NCBI RefSeq assembly: GCF_009914755.1
Contig: NC_060948.1
Strand: one strand, 5' to 3'
Length of the DNA: 64,000 nucleotides
DNA from: the human T2T-CHM13v2.0 reference genome, Homo sapiens
The translations under genes were made by a program, and so were the position numbers. The notes under the pieces were generated by a model. That model was given only the letters and a program-made list of their open reading frames with translations, did no database searches and had not been told where the DNA came from. Shown piece after piece: positions 54,993 through 64,000 of this stretch (position 1 is the stretch's first letter; every line of letters begins with the position of its first letter).

Positions 54993-57900
54993 AGGCCTGG
55001 AATAAAGTGGAATGTTACGGTCTCGAATGGAATAAAAATGTATGGAATGGAATGCAATGAAACGGAATCGAATGTCATAGAATGTAATGGAATGAAAAAA
55101 AATGGAATCCAAAATCATTGACTGGAAAGGCTGGGTGTCGAAAGGAATTGACTCCAATGGAATGGAATCGAATGGAATGGAAGTGAATAGAATCGAACTA
55201 AATCGAATGGAATGGAATTGATAGGAACGGAATGGAAAGGAATGCAATGATTTGGCATGGAATGGAATCGAATGGCATCGAATGGAATGGAATGGAATGC
55301 AATGGAATGGAATGTATTAGAATGTAATGAACATTAATGGAATGTACTCGAATGGATTCGACTGGAATGGAATGTTCTGGAAGTGAATGGACTCCAATGG
55401 AATGGATTCGAAAGGAATGGAATCGAACGGAATGGAATCTAATGGAATGGAATTAAATGGAAATGAATCAAATTGAATAGCACGGAATTGAATTGAATGG
55501 AATCGAATGCAATGGAATCTAATGAAACGGAAAGGAAAGGAATGGAATGGAATGGAATGGGCTGGAATGGAAAGGAATCGAAACGAATGGAATGGAATCG
55601 AACTGAAGAGACTGGAATGGAATGCACTGGAATGGAAGGGAGTGTAATGGAAGGTTCTCGAAAATAATGGAAGCAAATGGAATGGAATTGAATGGAACGG
55701 AATAGAGTCGAATGGAATTGAATGGAATGGAATGGACTAGAGTGAAATGGAATCGAACCACAAGGAATGGACAGGAATAGAATGGTCTCGAATTGAATGG
55801 AATCGTATGGAATGGCATCAAACGGAATGGAATGGACAGCCACGGAATGGAATGCACTCGAATGCAATGGAGTCGAAACTTATGGACTGGAATAGAATGG
55901 ACTCGACTGGTACGGACTCCAATGGAATGGAATCGAATGGAAGGGATTCGAACGGAATGGACTCGAAGGGAAAAGACTGCAATGGAAAGGTCTCGAATGG
56001 AATGGAAATTAATGGAATGGAATGGAATCGAATGAAATGGAGTCAAAAGGAATGGAATCGAATGGCAAGAAATCGAATGTAATGGAATCGTAAGGAATTG
56101 ATGTGAACGGAACGGAATGGAATGGAATCCAAAGGAATGGAATAGAATGGAATGGAATCGAATGGAAAGGACTCGAATGGAAATCACTCGAATAGAATGC
56201 AATTTAATAAAATAGGATCAAATGTAATTGAATGGAATGGAAAGGAATCGAAACGAAAGGAATGGAGACAGATGGAATGGAATGGAACAGAGAGCAATGG
56301 TATAGAATGGAATGGAATCATCTGGAATGGAATTGAATGGAATGGAATAATATGAAATGGAATGGAATGGAATGGAATGGAATGCCCTTGAATTAAATGG
56401 ACTGGAATGGAATGGACTCGAACAGAGTGGAATGGAAAGTGTTGAGATAGAATGGAATGAACTCTTTTGGAATGGTGTAGTATGCAATGCAATCGACTGG
56501 CAGGGAATCAAAAGGAATGTAATGGAATGGACTGGACTGGAATGCAATGGACTCGAATAGATTGGAAACTGAATGCAAAGGAATGGAATGGAATAGTATG
56601 GAATGGAATGGAAAGGAATGGAGTGGAATAGACTAGAGTGGAATGGAATGGACTGGAAAGCAATGGACTGGAATGGAACTTTCTTGAATGGACTGGAATC
56701 AAACGGAATGGAATGCAATGCAATCAAATTGCATGGAATAAAATAGAATGAAAGAGAATCAAATGGAATTGAATCGAATGGAATCGAATGGATTGGAAAG
56801 GAATAGAATGGAATGGAATGGAATTGACTCAAATGGAATGGACTAGAATGGAATGGATTCGAATGGAAGGCAAAGGAATGGAATCTATTGGAATGGACTG
56901 TAATGGAATGGAATGGAAGGGATTGGAATGGACTCGAATGGAATGGACTGCAATAGAAAGGATTCGAATGGAATGAAAAAGAGTTGAATGGAATAGAACA
57001 GAATGGAATCAAATCGAATGAAATGGAATGGAATAGAAAGGAATGGAATGAAATGGAATGGAAAGGATTCGAATGGAATGCAATCGAATGGAATGGAATC
57101 GAACGGAATGGAATAAAATGGAAGAAAACTGGCAAGAAATGGAATCGAAATGAATGGAGTGTTATGGAACGGACTCAAAAGGAATTGAATGTAATAGAAT
57201 GGAGTGGAGTGGACTCGAATATAATGGACTGGAATGGAATGAAATCACATGGAATGGGAACGAATGGAATGGAATGGAAAGGAATGGAATCGAATGGAAA
57301 GGAATCGAATGGAAGGGAATGAAATTGAATCAACAGGAATGGAAGGGAATAGAATAGACGGTAATGGAATGGACTCGAATAGAATGGACACGAATGCTCA
57401 AATTGAATGGACTCGAATGGAATGGAAACGAAAGGAATGTCATCGAATGGAATTGAATCGATTGGAATGAAATCGCATAGAATGGAGTGGAATCAAATGG
57501 AATTGAATCGAAAGGAAAGGAAGCGAATGGACTGAAATGAAATGGAATGGAATTGAATGGAAAGTAATGCAATGGAATAGAATGGAACGAAATTTCACGG
57601 AATGGAATCAAACTGAATGGAATCAAATCAATGGAATCAAATCAAATGGAATGGAAAGGAATTGAATGGAGTAGATTGGATTGGATGGGATTGGAATGAA
57701 ATGTACTGGAAAGGACTCGAATTTCATGAAACGGAATGGAATGAATTGGAACGGAATGGACTCGAATGGAATGGAATGTCATGGAATGGCATCAAATGGA
57801 ATGGCATCAAATGGAATGGAATCGAATGCAATGGAATGCTATGGAATGGAATGGAATGCATTGGAATGGAATGTCCTCTAATGGAATGGATTCGAGTGGA

Positions 57901-58571
57901 ATGGAATCGAATATAATGGAGTCGAATGAAAAGGAATTGAAAGGAATGGGATCGAATACAATGGAATATACTGGAATGTAATGTAATGAACTCGAATGTA
58001 ATTGACTGGAATGGAATGTACATGAATGGAATGTAATCGAATGGAAAGTAATCCAATGGAATAGAATCTAATGCAATAAAATCGACTCAGATAGAGTAGA
58101 ATGTAATGGAATGGAGTGCAGTGCAATGGAATGGAATGGAATGGAATGGAATGCAATGGAATGGAATGGAATGGAATGGAATGGAATGGAATGGAATGGA
58201 ATGGAATGGGATGGAATGGTATGGAATGGATAGTAATGGACTGGAATGAAATGGACTGGAAAAGAATGGACTCAAATTGAAAGGGCTCGAAAGGAATGGA
58301 GTCAAATGGAATGGTCTGGAATGGAATGAACACGAATGTAATGCAATCCAATAGAATGGAATCGAATGGCATGGAATATAAAGAAATGGAATCGAAGAGA
58401 ATGGAAACAAATGGAATGGAATTGAATGGAATGGAATTGAATGGAATGGGAACGAATGGAGTGAAATTGTATGCAGTAGAAGAGAATAGAATGGAATTCA
58501 AGCGAAAGGAAAGGAATGGATTGCAATGGAATGGAATTCATTGGAATGGAAGGGAATGTAGTGTAATGGAC
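54993..58571 (+). repeat. DYZ1 unit 16 (3579 bp)
   Basis: AGGCCT at 54993 and 58572. Confidence 0.9.
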
Positions 58572-61500
58572 AGGCCTGGAATAAAGTGGAATGTTACGGT
58601 CTCGAATGGAATAAAAATGTATGGAATGGAATGCAATGAAACGGAATCGAATGTCATAGAATGTAATGGAATGCAAAAAAATGGAATCCAAAATCATTGA
58701 CAGGAAAGGCTGGGTGTCGAAAGGAATTGACTCCAATGGAATGGAATCGAATGGAATGGAAGTGAATAGAATCGAACTAAATCGAATGGAATGGAATTGA
58801 TAGGAACGGAATGGAAAGGAATGCAATGATTTGGCATGGAATGGAATCGAATGGCATCGAATGGAATGCAATGGAATGGAATGTATTAGAATGTAATGAA
58901 CTTTAATGGAATGTACTCGAATGGATTCGACTGGAATGGAATGTTCTGGAAGTGAATGGACTCCAATGGAATGGATTCAAAAGGAATGGAATCGTACGGA
59001 ATGGAATCTAATGGAATGGAATTAAATGGAAATGAATCAAATTGAATAGCACGGAATTGAATTGAATGGAATGGAATGCAATGGAATCTAATGAAACGGA
59101 AAGGAAAGGAATGGAATGGAATGGAATGGGCTGGAATGGAAAGGAATCGAAACGAATGGAATGGAATCGAACTGAAGAGACTGCAATGGAATGCACTGGA
59201 ATGGAAGGTTCTCGAAATAAATGGAATCGAATGGAATGGAATTGAATGGAACGGAATAGTGTCGAATGGAATTGAATGGAATGGAATGGACTAGAGTGAA
59301 ATGGAATCGAACCACAAGGAATGGACAGGAATAGAATGGTCTCGAATTGAATGGAATCGTATGGAATGGCATCAAACGGAATGGAATGGACAGCCACGGA
59401 ATGGAATGCACTCGAATGCAATGGAGTCGAAACTAATGGACTGGAATAGAATGGACTCGACTGGTACGGACTCCAATGTAATGGAATCGAATGGAAGGGA
59501 ATCGAACGGAAGGGAATCGAACGGAATGGACTCGAAGGGAAAAGACTGCAATGGAAAGGTCTCGAATGGAATGGAAATTAATGGAATGGAGTGGAATCGA
59601 ATGAAATGGAGTCAAAAGGAATGGAATCGAATGGCAAGAAATCGAATGTAATGGAATCGCCAGGAATTGATGTGAACGGAACGGAATGGAATGGAATCCA
59701 AAGGAATGGAATAGAATGGAATGGAATCGAATGGAAAGGACTCGAATGGAAATCACTCGAATAGAATGCAATTTAATAAAATAGGATCAAATGTAATGGA
59801 ATGGAATGGAAAGGAATCGAAAGAAAGGAATGGAGACAGATGGAATGGAATGGAACAGAGAACAATGGTATAGAATGGAATGGAATCATCTGGAATGGAA
59901 TTGAATGGAATGGAATAATATGAAATGGAATGGAATGGAATGGAATGGAATGCCCTTGAATTAAATGGACTGGAATGGAATGGACTCAAACAGAGTGGAA
60001 TGGAAAGTGTGGAGATAGAATGGAATGAACTCCTTTGGAATGGTGTAGTATGCAATGCAATCGACTGGCAGGGAATCAAAAGGAATGTAATCGAATGGAT
60101 TGGACTGGAATGCAATGGACTCGAATAGATTGGAAACGGAATGCAAAGGAATGGAATGGAATAGTATGGAATGCAATGGAAGGGAATGGAGTGGAATAGA
60201 CTAGAGTGGAATGGAATGGACTGGAAAGCAATGGACTGGAATGGAACTTTCTTGAATGGACTGGAATCAAACGGAATGGAATGCAATGCAATCAAATGGC
60301 ATGGAATAAAATAGAATGAAAGAGAATCAAATGGAATTGAATCGAATGGAATCGAATGGATTGGAAAGGAATAGAATGGAATGGAATGGAATTGACTCAA
60401 ATGGAATGGACTAGAATGGAATGGATTCGAATGGAAGGCAAAGGAATGGAATCTATTGGAATGGACTGTAATGGAATGGAATGGAAGGGATTGGAATGGA
60501 CTCGAATGGAATGGACTGCAATAGAAAGGATTCGAATGGAATGAAAAAGAATTGAATGGAATAGAACAGAATGGAATCAAATCGAATGAAATGGAATGGA
60601 ATAGAAAGGAATGGAATGAAATGGAATGGAAAGGATTCGAATGGAATGCAATCGAATGGAATGGAATCGAACGGAATGGAATAAAATGGAAGAAAACTGG
60701 CAAGAAATGGAATCGAAATGAATGGAGTGTTATGGAACGGACTCAAAAGGAATTGAATGTAATAGAATGGAGTGGAGTGGACTCGAATATAATGGACTGG
60801 AATGGAATGAAATCACATGGAATGGGAACGAATGGAATGGAATGGAAAGGAATGGAATCGAATGGAAAGGAATCGAATGGAAGGGAATGAAATTGAATCA
60901 ACAGGAATGGAAGGGAATAGAATAGACGGTAATGGAATGGACTCGAATAGAATGGACACGAATGCTCAAATTAAATGGACTCGAATGGAATGGAAACGAA
61001 AGGAATGTCATCGAATGGAATTGAATCGATTGGAATGAAATCGCATAGAATGGAGTGGAATCAAATGGAATTGAATCGAAAGGAAAGGAAGCGAATGGAC
61101 TGAAATGAAATGGAATGGAATTGAATGGAAAGTAATGCAATGGAATAGAATGGAACGAAATTTCACGGAATGGAATCAAACTGAATGGAATCAAATCAAT
61201 GGAATCAAATCAAATGGAATGGAAAGGAATTGAATGGAGTAGATGGGATTGGATGGGATTGGAATGAAATGTACTGGAAAGGACTCGAATTTCATGAAAC
61301 GGAATGGAATGAATTGGAACGGAATGGACTCGAATGGAATGGAATGTCATGGGATGGCATCAAATGGAATGACATCAAATGGAATGGAATCGAATGCAAT
61401 GGAATGCTATGGAATGGAATGGAATGCATTGGAATGGAATGTCCTCTAATGGAATGGATTCGAGTGGAATGGAATCGAATATAATGGAGTCGAATGAAAT

Positions 61501-62129
61501 GGAATTGAAAGGAATGGGATCGAATACAATGGAATATACTGGAATATAACGTAATGAACTCGAATGTAATTGACTGGAATGGAATGTACATGAATGGAAT
61601 GTAATCGAATGGAAAGTAATCCAATGGAATAGAATCTAATGCAATAAAATCGACTCAGATAGAGTAGAATGTAATGGAATGGAGTGCAGTGCAATGGAAT
61701 GGAATGGAATGGAATGCAATGGAATGGAATGGAATGGAATGGAATGGAATGGAATGGAATGGAATGGGATGGAATGGTATGGAATGGATAGTAATGGACT
61801 GGAGTGAAATGGACTGGAAAGGAATGGACCCAAATTGAAAGGTCTCGAAAGGAATGGAGTCAAATGGAATGGTCTGGAATGGAATGAACACGAATGTAAT
61901 GCAACCCAATAGAATGGAATCGAATGGCATGGAATATAAAGAAATGGAATCGAAGAGAATGGAAACAAATGGAATGGAATTGAATGGAATGGAATTGAAT
62001 GGAATGGGAACGAATGGAGTGAAATTGTATGCAGTAGAAGAGAATAGAATGGAATGCAAGCGAAAGGAAAGGAATGGATTGGAATGGAATGGAATTCATT
62101 GGAATGGAAGGGAATGTAGTGTAATGGAC
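58572..62129 (+). repeat. DYZ1 unit 17 (3558 bp)
   Basis: AGGCCT at 58572 and 62130. Confidence 0.9.
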
Positions 62130-64000
62130 AGGCCTGGAATAAAGTGGAATGCTACGGTCTCGAATGGAATAAAAATGTATGGAATGGAATGCAATGAAAC
62201 GGAATCGAATGTCATAGAATGTAATGGAATGCAAAAAAATGGAATCCAAAATCATTGACAGGAAAGGCTGGGTGTCGAAAGGAATTGACTCCAATGGAAT
62301 GGAATCGAATGGAATGGAAGTGAATAGAATCGAACTAAATCGAATGGAATGGAATTGATAGGAACGGAATGGAAAGGAATGCAATGATTTGGCATGGAAT
62401 GGAATCGAATGGCATCGAATGGAATGCAATGGAATGGAATGTATTAGAATGTAATGAACTTTAATGGAATGTACTCGAATGGATTCGACTGGAATGGAAT
62501 GTTCTGGAAGTGAATGGACTCCAATGGAATGGATTCCAAAGGAATGGAATCGTACGGAATGGAATCTAATGGAATGGAATTAAATGGAAATGAATCAAAT
62601 TGAATAGCACGGAATTGAATTGAATGGAATGGAATGCAATGGAATCTAATGAAACGGAAAGGAAAGGAATGGAATGGAATGGAATGGGCTGGAATGGAAA
62701 GGAATCGAAACGAATGGAATGGAATCGAAGTGAAGAGACTGCAATGGAATGCACTGGAATGGAAGGTTCTCGAAATAAATGGAATCGAATGGAATGGAAT
62801 TGAATGGAACGGAATAGTGTCGAATGGAATTGAATGGAATGGAATGGACTAGAGTGAAATGGAATCGAACCACAAGGAATGGACAGGAATAGAATGGTCT
62901 CGAATTGAATGGAATCGTATGGAATGGCATCAAACGGAATGGAATGGACAGCCACGGAATGGAATGCACTCGAATGCAATGGAGTCGAAACTAATGGACT
63001 GGAATAGAATGGACTCGACTGGTACGGACTCCAATGTAATGGAATCGAATGGAAGGGAATCGAACGGAAGGGAATCGAACGGAATGGACTCGAAGGGAAA
63101 AGACTGCAATGGAAAGGTCTCGAATGGAATGGAAATTAATGGAATGGAATGGAATCGAATGAAATGGAGTCAAAAGGAATGGAATCGAATGGCAAGAAAT
63201 CGAATGTAATGGAATCGCCAGGAATTGATGTGAACGGAACGGAATGGAATGGAATCCAAAGGAATGGAATAGAATGGAATGGAATCGAATGGAAAGGACT
63301 CGAATGGAAATCACTCGAATAGAATGCAATTTAATAAAATAGGATCAAATGTAATGGAATGGAATGGAAAGGAATCGAAAGAAAGGAATGGAGACAGATG
63401 GAATGGAATGGAACAGAGAACAATGGTATAGAATGGAATGGAATCATCTGGAATGGAATTGAATGGAATGGAATAATATGAAATGGAATGGAATGGAATG
63501 GAATGGAATGCCCTTGAATTAAATGGACTGGAATGGAATGGACTCAAACAGAGTGGAATGGAAAGTGTGGAGATAGAATGGAATGAACTCCTTTGGAATG
63601 GTGTAGTATGCAATGCAATCGACTGGCAGGGAATCAAAAGGAATGTAATCGAATGGATTGGACTGGAATGCAATGGACTCGAATAGATTGGAAACGGAAT
63701 GCAAAGGAATGGAATGGAATAGTATGGAATGCAATGGAAGGGAATGGAGTGGAATAGACTAGAGTGGAATGGAATGGACTGGAAAGCAATGGACTGGAAT
63801 GGAACTTTCTTGGATGGACTGGAATCAAACGGAATGGAATGCAATGCAATCAAATGGCATGGAATAAAATAGAATGAAAGAGAATCAAATGGAATTGAAT
63901 CGAATGGAATCGAATGGATTGGAAAGGAATAGAATGGAATGGAATGGAATTGACTCAAATGGAATGGACTAGAATGGAATGTATTCGAATGGAAGGCAAA
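62130..64000 (+). repeat. Partial DYZ1 unit (last StuI site to window end)
   Basis: Colinear with the first ~1.9 kb of each complete unit. Confidence 0.9.

Larger units (their letters stand above)
1..64000 (+). repeat. DYZ1: Human satellite III (HSat3), DYZ1-type tandem array; (GGAAT)n pentamer in a ~3.56 kb higher-order unit, probably Yq12 heterochromatin
   Basis: Seen: GGAAT and variants (CGAAT, GGACT, GCAAT, TGAAT) from first to last base with no strand switch; distinctive words (GGACAGGCCTGG, GGCTGGGTGTCG, GAACCACAAGG, AAGAAAACTGGCAAG) recur every ~3.55 kb. Known: DYZ1 is a ~3.56 kb TTCCA-based repeat released by HaeIII/EcoRI. The chromosomal assignment is inferred from these hallmarks, not from a database search. 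Confidence 0.93.

Noticed and set aside
88-63958. Hundreds of ORFs up to ~316 aa (MEWNG- and FHSIP-rich)
   Set aside because: They are translations of (GGAAT)n, which has no stop codon in any frame. They recur with the unit period, overlap in all frames and are freely broken by 1-bp indels. No recognisable domains.
1-64000. CRISPR-like or other repeat-spacer array
   Set aside because: There are no unique spacers; all sequence is degenerate pentamer and whole 3.56 kb units repeat. No cas or other genes.
1-64000. HSat2, alpha satellite, DYZ2/Alu or L1 insertions, or an inversion
   Set aside because: I saw no 171-bp monomers or CENP-B boxes, no 23/26-bp HSat2 periodicity, no AT-rich DYZ2 or Alu sequence and no switch to an ATTCC-rich + strand.

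Overview
The whole 64 kb is one uninterrupted, single-orientation satellite array built on the pentamer (GGAAT)n / (ATTCC)n, organised as a ~3.56 kb higher-order unit. A StuI/HaeIII landmark (AGGCCT) occurs once per unit at 2122, 5646, 8765, 12309, 15806, 19365, 22933, 26502, 30070, 33623, 37191, 40760, 44323, 47891, 51465, 54993, 58572 and 62130, giving 17 complete units of 3119-3579 bp plus two partial units. The pentamer, the unit length and the single HaeIII and EcoRI sites per unit match human satellite III of the DYZ1 type (Yq12 heterochromatin). I found no genes, RNA genes, transposons or CRISPR arrays; all listed ORFs are translations of the pentamer. I see no new coding system. The points of interest are structural and regulatory: up to three perfect heat-shock elements per unit, dense TEAD-type motifs, a 440-bp deletion unit, two recent single-unit duplications, an incipient ~7.1 kb dimer, mosaic variant haplotypes and a hypervariable pure-GGAAT tract. 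All comparisons were made by eye and need confirmation by alignment.
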